Source of the DNA: a bacterium
GTDB lineage: Bacteria; SAR324; NAC60-12
Reading direction: 5' to 3'
Assembly (NCBI GenBank): GCA_965233585.1
Contig: CBDDTI010000747.1
Location: 64,001-128,000, forward strand
DNA length: 64,000 nucleotides
Of the stretch, positions 32,040-42,066 are shown in pieces; within the stretch, counting starts at the first letter, position 1, and each line of letters starts with the position of its first letter. The notes beneath the pieces were generated by a model. That model saw nothing but the letters and a program-made list of their open reading frames with translations. It was not told where the DNA came from and searched no databases. Position numbers and translations under genes: made by a program.

Positions 32040-34157
32040 TTAGAATGAAATGATTCCACCATACTCTACAAAGAATGGCACGAAAACAAGACTTAAAATT
32101 GCAGAGAGTTTAATCAGGACATTTAAAGAAGGACCTGACGTGTCTTTGAGGGGGTCACCTACGGTGTCTCCCACGACTGCAGCTTTGTGATTTTCTGAAC
32201 CCTTTCCTCCAAGATTTCCCGCCTCAATGTATTTCTTGGCATTATCCCATGCTCCTCCAGAGTTTGCAGAGGCAATGGCAAGCACACCACCTGCTGTTAA
32301 TGCTCCAATCAAGACACCTGCTAATGCCTGAACACCAAGCAAGAATCCAATGACTAGGGGAGTACCGATAATCAATGCACCGGGCATCATCATTTCACGC
32401 AGCGCTGCTTGTGTGGAGATGGCAACGCATCTTTTATAATCAGGCTCTGCCTTGCCTTCCATCAAGCCTGTAATTTCTCTAAACTGTTTTCTCACTTCCT
32501 CAATCATATCCCCTGCGGCTTTGCTAACAGATTGCATCGTCATAGCAGAAAAAGAAAATGGCAATACTGCTCCGATAAAAATGCCTGCCAAAACAAGTGG
32601 GTCAAGTAAGTTAATTTTTTCAAGAATTTGGGCATCAGGGTCTAGCGAATTAGCACGGGTCAAGAATGCGGCAAATAATGCAAGTGCGGTCAAGATAGCA
32701 GAACCAATCGCAAATCCTTTTCCGATTGCCGCCGTTGTGTTCCCTGCAGCGTCAAGGTGGTCTGTGCGTGAGCGGATTTCTGAGCCAAGCCCTGTCATTT
32801 CTGCAATCCCTCCTGCATTGTCTGCGACTGGACCATACGCATCTATTGTTAATGCAATAGCAAGAGTTCCAAGAGTTCCAAGCGAGGCAATAGCAACCCC
32901 ATACATTCCGCCAAAAGTAAACGAGGCAAAAATCACTGCTGCAATCACTAAAGTTGGTCCCAATGCACTATGATAACCAAGAGCAAGCCCTGAAATGATC
33001 GTTGTTGCCGCACCTGTGTCAGAAGATTGTGCAACATGCCTCACCGGCTTATAGTCGTGCGAAGTAAAGTATTCTGTTAAAAGTCCAATGAGCAAACCAC
33101 CCACTAAACCAAAGAGAAAGCAAAGATAAACTCCTATTCTTGTGTATTCACTGCCATTGATGACAAATTGTTCAGGCAACACCCAAAGGCTCACAAAAAG
33201 TGCTACAACTCCCATCAAAACGCTGGAAACCACAAGCATTTTTTTAAGGGCGGGATTGACGTCATCAGCACTTTTGACCTTGACTGTAAGAATTGTTAGA
33301 AAACTGACAGGAATTCCAGCCGCAATCAATAGAATAGGATAAAGCAAAGCATTCATGCTGGAAGCAAAAACAGTTGCACCAATCACAAGAGCGGCACAGG
33401 CACTTTCTGCACATGAACCAAACAAATCTGCTCCCATGCCTGCAACGTCTCCAACATTATCTCCAACATTATCAGCAATGACAGCAGGATTGCGGGGGTC
33501 ATCTTCAGGAATGCCTTGCTCCACCTTACCTACTAAATCCGCACCAACATCCGCCGCTTTGGTATAAATTCCACCACCGACACGAGCAAAAAGGGCGATT
33601 GAAGATCCACCCAGACCAAAGCCTGCAATGATTTCCATCAAAATATGAGTTTCAACATCACTCAACAAAGCCTGCATGATAACAAAAATGGCAATCAATC
33701 CCAAAGTTGCCAGACTGACCAAAGCAAACCCCATGACTGCACCAGATTTCAAGGCAACATCAAATGCTTTTTCAATGGAAGACCTTGCCGCTGTCGTTGT
33801 ACGAACATTGCCAATAGTCGCAATCTTCATTCCAATAAAGCCAGACAAGATAGAAATGACGCAACCCACAACGAAGGCAATCGCCGTGTAGATTCCTGTA
33901 CCTGCAACATGAGGGTCGCTCACCAACAGACCTATCACAGCTGCAAACGCTATCACGAAAATTGTGAGATAGCGATACTCTTGCACCAAAAATGCGATAG
34001 CTCCATCTGCAATCGCTTGGTGAATAGATTTGAGTTTACGAGATTCTTCAGCATTCTCTGCCCCTTGATCCACAGGAATTGCAGAAACTTGTTTTGAGTA
34101 AAATAACGCGACTGCAACGCCAAACAAACCACATGCAGTGATAATTGCTGTTACCAT
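32040..34157 (-). CDS. hppA: Membrane-bound cation-translocating pyrophosphatase (K+-dependent type)
   Basis: [56 protein letters not shown]. Confidence 0.97.
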   Translation of the reverse strand: MVTAIITACGLFGVAVALFYSKQVSAIPVDQGAENAEESRKLKSIHQAIADGAIAFLVQEYRYLTIFVIAFAAVIGLLVSDPHVAGTGIYTAIAFVVGCVISILSGFIGMKIATIGNVRTTTAARSSIEKAFDVALKSGAVMGFALVSLATLGLIAIFVIMQALLSDVETHILMEIIAGFGLGGSSIALFARVGGGIYTKAADVGADLVGKVEQGIPEDDPRNPAVIADNVGDNVGDVAGMGADLFGSCAESACAALVIGATVFASSMNALLYPILLIAAGIPVSFLTILTVKVKSADDVNPALKKMLVVSSVLMGVVALFVSLWVLPEQFVINGSEYTRIGVYLCFLFGLVGGLLIGLLTEYFTSHDYKPVRHVAQSSDTGAATTIISGLALGYHSALGPTLVIAAVIFASFTFGGMYGVAIASLGTLGTLAIALTIDAYGPVADNAGGIAEMTGLGSEIRSRTDHLDAAGNTTAAIGKGFAIGSAILTALALFAAFLTRANSLDPDAQILEKINLLDPLVLAGIFIGAVLPFSFSAMTMQSVSKAAGDMIEEVRKQFREITGLMEGKAEPDYKRCVAISTQAALREMMMPGALIIGTPLVIGFLLGVQALAGVLIGALTAGGVLAIASANSGGAWDNAKKYIEAGNLGGKGSENHKAAVVGDTVGDPLKDTSGPSLNVLIKLSAILSLVFVPFFVEYGGIISF

Positions 34158-34210
34158 AAAATAGATTCCTTTACAAATAATTGGGTTTGAGTTTCAAGAA
34201 AAATACGGAC

Positions 34211-34284
34211 TGGGTCTACCTGGACTTGAACCAGGGACCAACCGATTATGAGTCGGCCGCTCTAACCAACTGAGCTATAGACCC
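34211..34284 (-). tRNA. tRNA with CAT anticodon, most likely tRNA-Ile2 (lysidine type); CCA not encoded
   Basis: Reverse complement GGGTCTATAGCTCAGTTGGTTAGAGCGGCCGACTCATAATCGGTTGGTCCCTGGTTCAAGTCCAGGTAGACCCA; lacks initiator GGG/CCC anticodon pairs; Ile2 versus elongator Met judged by resemblance only. Confidence 0.88.
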
Positions 34285-34383
34285 AAACAAAACTGGACAT
34301 GCTAACATGAAGCCCTCTAAGCACGCAAGAGATTTTTTGAAAGCGAGATTTTAGCACCTGTGAAATAGAGTGGCTAGAATGAC

Positions 34384-34412
34384 TTGACAAATGAAATTGA
34401 GCCAATTATCCT
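34384..34412 (+). promoter_or_regulatory. Sigma70-type promoter of tRNA-Gly
   Basis: TTGACA (34384-34389), 17-nt spacer, TATCCT (34407-34412), 18 nt before the tRNA. Confidence 0.7.
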
Positions 34413-34430
34413 ATTTTGTCATTCTTTGGT

Positions 34431-34506
34431 GCGAAAGTAGCTCAGCTGGTAGAGTCCCACCTTGCCAAGGTGGATGTCGCGGGTTCGAACCCCGTCTTTC
34501 GCTCCA
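34431..34506 (+). tRNA. tRNA-Gly (GCC), CCA encoded
   Basis: GCGAAAG/CTTTCGC acceptor stem, anticodon loop TTGCCAA, GGTTCGAA T-loop, ends TCCA. Confidence 0.96.
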
Positions 34507-34696
34507 TTTCCTCTAGTCTAACACTTCAACTCTATTACTTTTCCTTTTTGATTGCAGTCTCAAGCCAACTTCCCTAACCTCATTTTTAACAAAATCGGTC
34601 GCTTTCTGGAAGAGACACAAACTTACTTGCACTTGTCTCATCGGTTTAGTAAATTGGCTGATGAGTCCAATTTGAATCATCAATTTTTGGTATGAC

Positions 34697-35008
34697 ATGG
34701 ATTCTTTTGATGTTTTACTTGGCTATTTTTTACTAGGTGCATTTTTTCTTTGTCTTTTGATTCTACTTTCTCCACTCATTGCTTTTGTTTTGTTGATTTT
34801 TCCTATCATTTATTTTTTTGATGATGGACTAGCAACGGAGATCAATACAATATTGTTGCCTTTCATTCCTGAACCTATGATCCCTTTGACGATGCCTCTT
34901 GTCTCTTTTGTTGCCCTTGTGATACTTATCAAAGTAGGTAGGTGGTCACAAAAAGATGTTGAAAAATGGGAAAAGATTTTTGATCGTCTGAAGCAGAAAT
35001 ATTTGTAA
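34697..35008 (+). CDS. Small hypothetical membrane protein
   Basis: 103 aa, two hydrophobic segments, basic C-terminus. Confidence 0.55.
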   Translation: MDSFDVLLGYFLLGAFFLCLLILLSPLIAFVLLIFPIIYFFDDGLATEINTILLPFIPEPMIPLTMPLVSFVALVILIKVGRWSQKDVEKWEKIFDRLKQKYL

Positions 35009-35092
35009 GCACTAACTCCCGCCAAAAGCCTGATTGATGCCTGATGCGATGGCAGTTTGCATGTTTTTCCAAAAATCTTGTTCGTGTTAGTT

Positions 35093-36100
35093 TTAACAAC
35101 TTTTACGAATCACAAACTGCCCTTGTGAAAGCCTTCTTAAACCAAATAGATTTTGTTCTAAATAGAGTCTCATCAACTCAAAGGCTTCTTCTGACATGAG
35201 ACGTGTCCTTTGACGAATGGTGGAAAGTTGATAAGAGTCCCAAGAAGCCATTGGAATATCGTCAAAACCAAAGACAGCCATTTCTTCAGGGACACTCACG
35301 TCCAGTTGATGTCTCAACGCATCTAATGCTCCCAGTGCTATCAAATCGTTTCCTCCAATGACGGCTGTCACTCCCCTTTCTCTTAAAGCAAACTGATGAT
35401 CCACAACCACTTGGTAAGCATCACGATAATTTTGCTGACACTTCAGGATTAAAAGTTCAGGAAGTCCTGCTTGCTTCAAATAATCCTGCACACCATTCAA
35501 ACGGTCTTCAAATGTTGGAATTTCAGAATGGCTCGTAATGAATGCAAACTGACTATGATTTTTGTGATGAAGAAATTTTGCAACTTGGTAAGCAGATTCT
35601 TGGTTATCGCATGCTACTGCAGAAACATTGAGGAACTTTGTTGGACGATTGATTAGCACCAATGCCATTCCAAATTGAGAGCAGAGATTGGGCAAAGTGC
35701 TATTTGGTGAGATAGAAGCAGCAAAAATACCTCTGACTTGATCTTTTTTTAACGCTGTCAGTAATGCTTTGAGCTTCGTTGGGGTTTCATTTTCCAAAAT
35801 GTGTATGGAAAGCAGATGATATTTTTTGCCTTCCATCATGTGTGAAAAATCCTTCATCAAACTGCTAAAAAAAGGGTTGTGCATCTCTCCTACAACGAAT
35901 GCAAGCCTCGTCTGTTCTTCCTCCAACAAAATTTTTTTTGCTTGGTCTTGCTTGTATCCCATCTCTATTGATTTTTCCAAAATCAATTTTCTTTTAGCAG
36001 ATGAAATGGGTGATTCTCTGTGAAATGCCCTAGAGATAGAAGGCTGTGAAACGTTCAAGGCATGAGCAACATCTGTTGCTGTCATTTTCTTTCTTCTCAT
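35093..36100 (-). CDS. LacI family transcriptional regulator
   Basis: HTH TATDVAHALNVSQPSISRAF; NDLIALG, VPEEMAVFGFDD, LSTIRQ; divergent from the catabolic cluster. Confidence 0.93.
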   Translation of the reverse strand: MRRKKMTATDVAHALNVSQPSISRAFHRESPISSAKRKLILEKSIEMGYKQDQAKKILLEEEQTRLAFVVGEMHNPFFSSLMKDFSHMMEGKKYHLLSIHILENETPTKLKALLTALKKDQVRGIFAASISPNSTLPNLCSQFGMALVLINRPTKFLNVSAVACDNQESAYQVAKFLHHKNHSQFAFITSHSEIPTFEDRLNGVQDYLKQAGLPELLILKCQQNYRDAYQVVVDHQFALRERGVTAVIGGNDLIALGALDALRHQLDVSVPEEMAVFGFDDIPMASWDSYQLSTIRQRTRLMSEEAFELMRLYLEQNLFGLRRLSQGQFVIRKSC

Positions 36101-36154
36101 GGTTTCTTTGTATTGAACTTCAATTTTAAATTTGCAAAAAATGCAAAATATGGG

Positions 36155-36183
36155 TTGACATTCATCAAGAACTGGTTTTTAAT
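36155..36183 (+). promoter_or_regulatory. Sigma70-type promoter of the catabolic cluster
   Basis: TTGACA (36155-36160), 17-nt spacer, TTTAAT (36178-36183). Confidence 0.6.
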
Positions 36184-36246
36184 GAATGGAATTTATATTT
36201 TATTCAAAATGATGAATAAATCAACCCCTTAATTCTTAAATACAAT

Positions 36247-37530
36247 ATGAAAATTATTAAGCAAGGTTTGACTGATACTGCCAAACAAGAGCGAAATGCC
36301 CAAGTGAGAGAAGTTGTTGAAAATGCTTTGCAGGAGATTGAAAGCAAAGGAGATGAGGCAGTGCGTGCCATGTCTCAAAAATTTGACAAATGGTCTCCTG
36401 AAAGTTTTAGAGTGTCAGCCAAGCAAATTGAAGAATCTTACCAGCAACTGACCAAGCAGAACATAGAGGATATTCAGTTTGCACAAAAACAAATTCGCAA
36501 TTTTGCACAAATCCAAAGGGATAGCATGAAAGATGTGGAAGTAGAAACGCTGCCCGGTGTGATTTTAGGTCATAAACATTTAGCCATTGAAGCAGTTGGT
36601 TGCTACATTCCGGGTGGCAAGTATCCTCTGGTTGCCTCTGCTCACATGGGAGTTGTCACGGCAAAAGTTGCAGGTTGTAAACGCGTGATTGCATGTGCGC
36701 CTCCTTATCAAGGCAAACCTAGTGCGCCAATTGTGGTGGCGATGGATTTAGCAGGAGCAGATGAGATTTACTGCCTTGGAGGCATTCAAGCAGTTGGGGC
36801 AATGGCAATTGGAACAGAATCTATTGCACCTGTGGACATGCTTGTTGGACCGGGCAATGCTTTTGTCGCAGAAGCTAAACGTCAGTTGTTTGGAAGAGTG
36901 GGAATTGACCTTTTTGCAGGACCAACAGAAACATTGGTGATTTGTGATGACGCAGTGGACGCAGAACTTGTGGCAACAGATTTGTTGGGACAAGCAGAAC
37001 ATGGAACAAACTCTCCTGCGATTTGTTTAACAACCTCTCAAAAAATTGCTGATGAGCTTCCCCAAGAGATTGAAAAACAACTTAAAACATTGGAAACTGC
37101 TGATATTGCAGGGGTGGCATGGAAAGAGTGCGGGGGAATCATTCTTTGTGAGAATCATCAAGAAATGTTGCAGGTTGCTGATGAAATTGCATCAGAACAC
37201 GTACAAGTGATGACCAGCAATGATGATTATTTTTTGAATAATATGCAAAATTTTGGTGCATTGTTTGTGGGAGAAGAGACCAATGTTTCATACGGTGATA
37301 AGGTCATTGGCACAAATCACACGCTTCCAACAAACAAAGCGGCAAGATATACAGGCGGGCTTTGGGTAGGAAAGTTTATCAAAACTTGCACTTACCAACG
37401 CATCACAAAAGAAGCCTCTGTCATGGTAGGACAATACTGCTCTAGGCTTTGTGCATTAGAAGGCTTTATGGGGCATAAGGCGCAAGCAGATATTCGTGTG
37501 AAACGTTATAGCAAGGAGCGTCATCAATGA
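36247..37530 (+). CDS. Histidinol dehydrogenase-family paralog (HpsN-like), probably catabolic
   Basis: [46 protein letters not shown] (GDK rather than HisD GDY); no his genes nearby. Confidence 0.85.
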   Translation: MKIIKQGLTDTAKQERNAQVREVVENALQEIESKGDEAVRAMSQKFDKWSPESFRVSAKQIEESYQQLTKQNIEDIQFAQKQIRNFAQIQRDSMKDVEVETLPGVILGHKHLAIEAVGCYIPGGKYPLVASAHMGVVTAKVAGCKRVIACAPPYQGKPSAPIVVAMDLAGADEIYCLGGIQAVGAMAIGTESIAPVDMLVGPGNAFVAEAKRQLFGRVGIDLFAGPTETLVICDDAVDAELVATDLLGQAEHGTNSPAICLTTSQKIADELPQEIEKQLKTLETADIAGVAWKECGGIILCENHQEMLQVADEIASEHVQVMTSNDDYFLNNMQNFGALFVGEETNVSYGDKVIGTNHTLPTNKAARYTGGLWVGKFIKTCTYQRITKEASVMVGQYCSRLCALEGFMGHKAQADIRVKRYSKERHQ

Positions 37531-38255
37531 GTCAATATGCGTTAGTTACAGGAGCAACAGGAGGCATCGGTCAAGCGATTGCTCGTGCCTTAGCTGAACA
37601 TGGGTATTCCGTAGCTATTGGCTACAACCAAAAACAGCAAAAAGCCCAAAACATTGTCAATTCTCTTGCAGGCAAAGGACATCTGGCACTGCAATGTTCA
37701 GTAGATCAAACTAGTTCTATCAAGCAAGCCTCTCAAACGATTCAAGAGACTTTTGGAAGTCTTGACATTTTAGTCAACTGTGCAGGATTCACTCAATTTA
37801 TAGAGCATTCTCAAATTCAAGAATTATCTGATGATTTGATAGATTCCATTTTTCAAACACATGTCAGAGGAACGTTTGCCTGCATCAGAGAATTTGAATA
37901 TTTATTCAATCAAAATGCGTGTGTTGTGAATATAACTTCTATTGCAGGAGAAAGTGCAATGGGTAGCAACATCGCCTATTGTGCGGCAAAAGCCGCAGTG
38001 GACAACATGACCAAATCACTCGCTAGAGCGTTAGCCCCTAAGATTCGTGTGATGGCAGTCGCGCCAGGTCTTGTGGATACAGAATTTGTCAAGGACATAG
38101 ACCCCAAATGGCGTCATACTCAAGAACAAAGCACAACGTTAAAACGTCTAGCCAATCCCAAAGAGGTGGCAGAGGCTGTCATTGCATGTGCTAAAATCTT
38201 AACTTTTTCAACAGGTCGTACCATCTACATTGATGGGGGGAGACATTTAGGTTAG
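37527..38255 (+). CDS. Short-chain dehydrogenase/reductase
   Basis: [19 protein letters not shown] catalytic motif. Confidence 0.93.
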   Translation: MSQYALVTGATGGIGQAIARALAEHGYSVAIGYNQKQQKAQNIVNSLAGKGHLALQCSVDQTSSIKQASQTIQETFGSLDILVNCAGFTQFIEHSQIQELSDDLIDSIFQTHVRGTFACIREFEYLFNQNACVVNITSIAGESAMGSNIAYCAAKAAVDNMTKSLARALAPKIRVMAVAPGLVDTEFVKDIDPKWRHTQEQSTTLKRLANPKEVAEAVIACAKILTFSTGRTIYIDGGRHLG

Positions 38256-38278
38256 TTTGTAATTTTTAAAAAGACAAT

Positions 38279-39430
38279 ATGAAACAAGGACAAAATTACT
38301 CTCCATTGAGAGAAGACAATATTTCTCCCAAAGGAACACTACACGGGCGGTCTTATACTTATGCAGATGTCATGGCATTATCCCGTGAAAGAGAGGAATC
38401 ACTCAAAGGTTTTGAAGAGCATTATGGGAGTCTGGTGGACTACATTTTGCGAATCACCTATCGCATCTGGGAAGATAAAAATGTCGGGCTGGTTTACCAA
38501 TACTATGCTGAAAACATTGACCTCTACACTCCTCTTGGCTGTATTGATTCTGCACAAACTGTGGTAGAAGACACCACCCGCACTTTGCAAGCCTTTCCAA
38601 ATCGTCAACTTTATTCACTCAATGTCATTGGTGGTGGGAATGACGCTGACGGCTATCTTTCTTCTCATCTGATACGGAGTGTGATGACCAACACAGGCGA
38701 CAGCATCTTTGGCAAGGCAACGGGTAAAAAAGTTGATGTCTTGACTATTGCAGACTGCCTTTGTCAAGACAATCAAATTGTTCGTGAGTGGCTTGTCCGT
38801 GATAATGGGGACTACGTCAGACAGCTTGGTTTTGATATTGAAAACATTGCAGAACAACTTGCACAAGCAGATTTACAGGCAAATCGTGTTGCTTGGTTTG
38901 AAGACGAAATGCAAGAGAGAGTCAGCCAGAAAAGACAAGCACCTCAAGTGCAGGGGCGTCCTAAAGGTGAGCATCATGTAGAAGAAGTGGTCAAGGCAAT
39001 GTTCTATGATGTTTGGCAGGCACAACATTTTGGAATGGTTGATGATTATTATTTTTTCAACGTGCAAGTGCATGGTCTTGGTGGCAGAAGTCTGTGTGGC
39101 ACACCAAACTTGCAAGAGTTTCTCGCTCAGTTCCATGCGACTTTTAGCAATGCAGATTTTCAAATCCACCATGTGCAAAGTATTGACTCTGATGCAGGAG
39201 CAAATGAAAAATTTGTGCATGTCCGTTGGTCTATTTGCGGAAGTCATGCCTCGTGTGGTCTTTTGGGGATTGGCACAGGGTGTCCATTATACATGATGGG
39301 CATTTCTCATTTTCGTTTAATCAGGGGAAGGATTGCTGAAGAATGGACTCTTTTTGATGAACTTTCGCTTTGGAAGCAAATCAAGCTGGCACAACTCAAA
39401 ATGAAAAAGACAGAAATCAAGAATCAATAA
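38279..39430 (+). CDS. Tandem SnoaL/NTF2-like 'ester cyclase' family protein
   Basis: Two related halves: T..G.SIFGKATGKKV...IVREWLVRD and GSH...GLLGIGTG....GRIAEEWTLFDE. Confidence 0.78.
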   Translation: MKQGQNYSPLREDNISPKGTLHGRSYTYADVMALSREREESLKGFEEHYGSLVDYILRITYRIWEDKNVGLVYQYYAENIDLYTPLGCIDSAQTVVEDTTRTLQAFPNRQLYSLNVIGGGNDADGYLSSHLIRSVMTNTGDSIFGKATGKKVDVLTIADCLCQDNQIVREWLVRDNGDYVRQLGFDIENIAEQLAQADLQANRVAWFEDEMQERVSQKRQAPQVQGRPKGEHHVEEVVKAMFYDVWQAQHFGMVDDYYFFNVQVHGLGGRSLCGTPNLQEFLAQFHATFSNADFQIHHVQSIDSDAGANEKFVHVRWSICGSHASCGLLGIGTGCPLYMMGISHFRLIRGRIAEEWTLFDELSLWKQIKLAQLKMKKTEIKNQ

Positions 39431-39454
39431 ACGCTACTCCAAAATTCACAAGAT

Positions 39455-40210
39455 ATGATGACACTTAAGCAAAAATTTGCAAATTTTAAAAAACCAATTA
39501 TTGGAGGTTGGGCAAGCATCGGGTCAACCTTCAGCGCTGAGATGTTGGGACATGCAGGCTTTGATTGTGTGACTGTTGACATGCAACATGGATTGACAAG
39601 CGATGCTAACGCATTGCAGATGATTCAAGCCATTTCTGCCACACCTGCAGTGCCGATGGTACGTGTTCGTTGGAATGACCCTGCCAGCATCATGCGACTA
39701 CTTGATTTTGGAGCAATGGGTGTCATTTGTCCCATGATCAATACATCACAAGACACACAAAATTTTGTGCAAGCATGTCGCTATGAGCCAAGAGGTTTCC
39801 GCAGTTTTGGACCAATCCGTGCGGCTGTCAAATATCCAAACTATTTTCAAAAGGCAAACGACGCCATTGTCACGTTAGCAATGATTGAGACCAAACAAGC
39901 ATGTGATGATTTAGAACAAATTCTTGCAGTCTATGAACTTGATGGGATTTTTGTTGGTCCTAACGACTTGGGAATCGCCTTGGGCTACGGTGCCATCTTA
40001 GACCAAGACCATCAAGAATTTGATGAAATCATAGAAAATATTGCAAAAGCAGCCAAGAGGTTTGACAAATGGACAGGTATTTTTTGTGGTAGTGCATCAG
40101 GAGCAAAAAAAAGAATCGCACAAGGCTATCAATATGTGGTAGTGGGTAATGACAACATCTATCTCAAAAACGCATCAAAACAAGCCATAGACCAGATGCG
40201 AGACATATAG
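39455..40210 (+). CDS. HpcH/HpaI family class II pyruvate aldolase
   Basis: VDMQHG, VRVRWND, LDFGAMGVICPMI, AMIET, FVGPNDL. Confidence 0.92.
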   Translation: MMTLKQKFANFKKPIIGGWASIGSTFSAEMLGHAGFDCVTVDMQHGLTSDANALQMIQAISATPAVPMVRVRWNDPASIMRLLDFGAMGVICPMINTSQDTQNFVQACRYEPRGFRSFGPIRAAVKYPNYFQKANDAIVTLAMIETKQACDDLEQILAVYELDGIFVGPNDLGIALGYGAILDQDHQEFDEIIENIAKAAKRFDKWTGIFCGSASGAKKRIAQGYQYVVVGNDNIYLKNASKQAIDQMRDI

Positions 40211-40253
40211 GTCATCATTCAGATTTCAGTAAATCTTAAAATGAAGTGAGAAT

Positions 40254-40961
40254 ATGAAAACTCTAGTCTGCTTGTCTGGTCTACTTTGTGATGAAAGACT
40301 ATGGAAAGACCAACAAAAAGCACTACAAGGGACGTATCAGTGCTTGTTTCCGTCTATCAGCACGCATGAAAGCGTTCAAGATTTAGCAAGCTCCATTTTA
40401 GAAACGACACCAGAACGTTTTTGCCTTGCTGGCATGTCTGCTGGCTCAGTTGTGGCATTGGAGATGTTGCGACAGACTGAAAAATCTGCTGACAAGCAGA
40501 TTGAAAAATTAGCCTTAATTGCCGCAAATCCTCATGCTTTGACTGACGAAATCAAAAACTCCATGTTACAAAGCATAGCGACCATTGAAACAACGGGTAT
40601 GGAACAGTTTGTCATGCAAGACCTTTTGCCTCACGGTTTAGGTCAGGCAAGCCAAAACAATCATCGCATCAGATCCTTGATTGTGGAAATGGCAAAGAGT
40701 GTGGGACTCAAAGCGTATAAAAACCAAGTAGCAATGCTCAATACAAGGTCTGGTGCGCTGGAACTTTTAGCAAGAACTGATGTTCCCATTTTGGCAGTCT
40801 GTGGAAAAGAAGACCGAAAATGCCCTCCCGCATTCCATGAAATCATTGCCCAAACAGCACCTCATGGCAGTCTCGTCTCCCTAGAAAAAACTGGACATTA
40901 CATCAATTTAGAAAATCCTGAATCTTTAAATCATGCACTTCTTCAATTCTTGACTAGCTAA
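40254..40961 (+). CDS. Alpha/beta-fold hydrolase
   Basis: GMSAG nucleophile elbow, G.ED acid, GHYINLENP catalytic His. Confidence 0.88.
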   Translation: MKTLVCLSGLLCDERLWKDQQKALQGTYQCLFPSISTHESVQDLASSILETTPERFCLAGMSAGSVVALEMLRQTEKSADKQIEKLALIAANPHALTDEIKNSMLQSIATIETTGMEQFVMQDLLPHGLGQASQNNHRIRSLIVEMAKSVGLKAYKNQVAMLNTRSGALELLARTDVPILAVCGKEDRKCPPAFHEIIAQTAPHGSLVSLEKTGHYINLENPESLNHALLQFLTS

Positions 40962-41048
40962 AAACTCACATGCTAGATAGTTTGACCCTCAATCATTAGG
41001 AAATCTTGACAACAGAAGCAAAAAACTATCGTCAAAGCCAATTATTCT

Positions 41049-42041
41049 ATGCAGAATTTAAAGGTGAGAAGCCAAACCAATAAGGTTTTGAAAAACCAAG
41101 TCATCTGTGGAGATGCCCTAGAATTGCTTGATGAGTTAGAGGACAACTCTATTGATGCTGTCTTAACAGACCCTCCGTATTTTTTAGATAGATTGGGAAG
41201 TGATTGGAATGTCAAGAAAGTTCATAACCAAAAAAATTTAAAGGTTGTGCAATCCTTACCTGCGGGAATGAAGTTTGACCGAGAACAAGGGCAACAGCTT
41301 TACAAGTGGTATCTTCAAATTTCCAAAAAACTTTTTAGAGTTTTGAAGACAGGGGGCTTTTTCTTTTCATTTTCAAGTCCAAGACTTTATCATCGTTTGG
41401 CATGTGCAGTGGACGATGCAGGCTTTGAAATCAGGGATTGCTTCATCTGGCTTTACACTCAAAATCAAGCCAAAGCCATGAGTCTTAACCATTTTATAGA
41501 TAAGCTAGACATTGCAGAACGGGAAAAAGTACAATTAAAAAATCAATTAGAAGGCTGGAAGACTCCGCAACTGAAAAGTTGTTTTGAACCCATTGTTGTT
41601 GCTCAAAAACCTGTTGACCAAACTTACTTGAATAACATGATAAATCATCAAGTCGGCTTGCTTAATTCTCATGCTAAAACTCATCAAAAAATGTTCCCTT
41701 CCAATGTCATGTCCACTGATGAAATTTGTGACTTGATTGACAAAACATTTCTGGTTTCAAAACCAACAGCCAAAGAAAAAGGAACGTACAATCATCACAA
41801 AACTGTCAAACCTTTAGACTTGTGTAAACATCTTTTAAACTTATCGGTGTTTCATCAAGACGCAGTCGTTTTAGACCCTTTTGCAGGCAGTGGCACAACA
41901 TTAGTTGCATCAAAGGAGTTAGGATTCAACTACGTCGGTTTTGAATTAAACCAAGCCTACGTAGACATCACTCAAAAAAGACTAAAGTCTTTGGATGTTG
42001 AAGAATCCCCTCTTTTTCAATCACACGCTTCAAACACTTAA
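41049..42041 (+). CDS. Orphan N4/N6 DNA methyltransferase (beta-class motif order)
   Basis: TDPPY (motif IV) precedes H.TVKP and LDPFAGSGTT (motif I). Confidence 0.92.
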   Translation: MQNLKVRSQTNKVLKNQVICGDALELLDELEDNSIDAVLTDPPYFLDRLGSDWNVKKVHNQKNLKVVQSLPAGMKFDREQGQQLYKWYLQISKKLFRVLKTGGFFFSFSSPRLYHRLACAVDDAGFEIRDCFIWLYTQNQAKAMSLNHFIDKLDIAEREKVQLKNQLEGWKTPQLKSCFEPIVVAQKPVDQTYLNNMINHQVGLLNSHAKTHQKMFPSNVMSTDEICDLIDKTFLVSKPTAKEKGTYNHHKTVKPLDLCKHLLNLSVFHQDAVVLDPFAGSGTTLVASKELGFNYVGFELNQAYVDITQKRLKSLDVEESPLFQSHASNT

Positions 42042-42066
42042 AACTTTTTATTCCACTTACAACATT

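Noticed and set aside
32409..34097. Several long antisense ORFs over hppA (and similar ones over carB and other genes)
   Set aside because: Shadow ORFs opposite conserved genes, with no recognisable motifs.
34636..34680. CTGATGAG suggesting a hammerhead ribozyme core (also near 31655)
   Set aside because: No stem II followed by GAAA and no consistent stems I/III.
35028..35056. GCCTGAT repeated twice, resembling an enterobacterial REP fragment
   Set aside because: Single short occurrence, weak stem, unrelated to the REP families found here.
36247..37530. Canonical hisD
   Set aside because: GDK motif and catabolic context with no his genes; symbol withheld.
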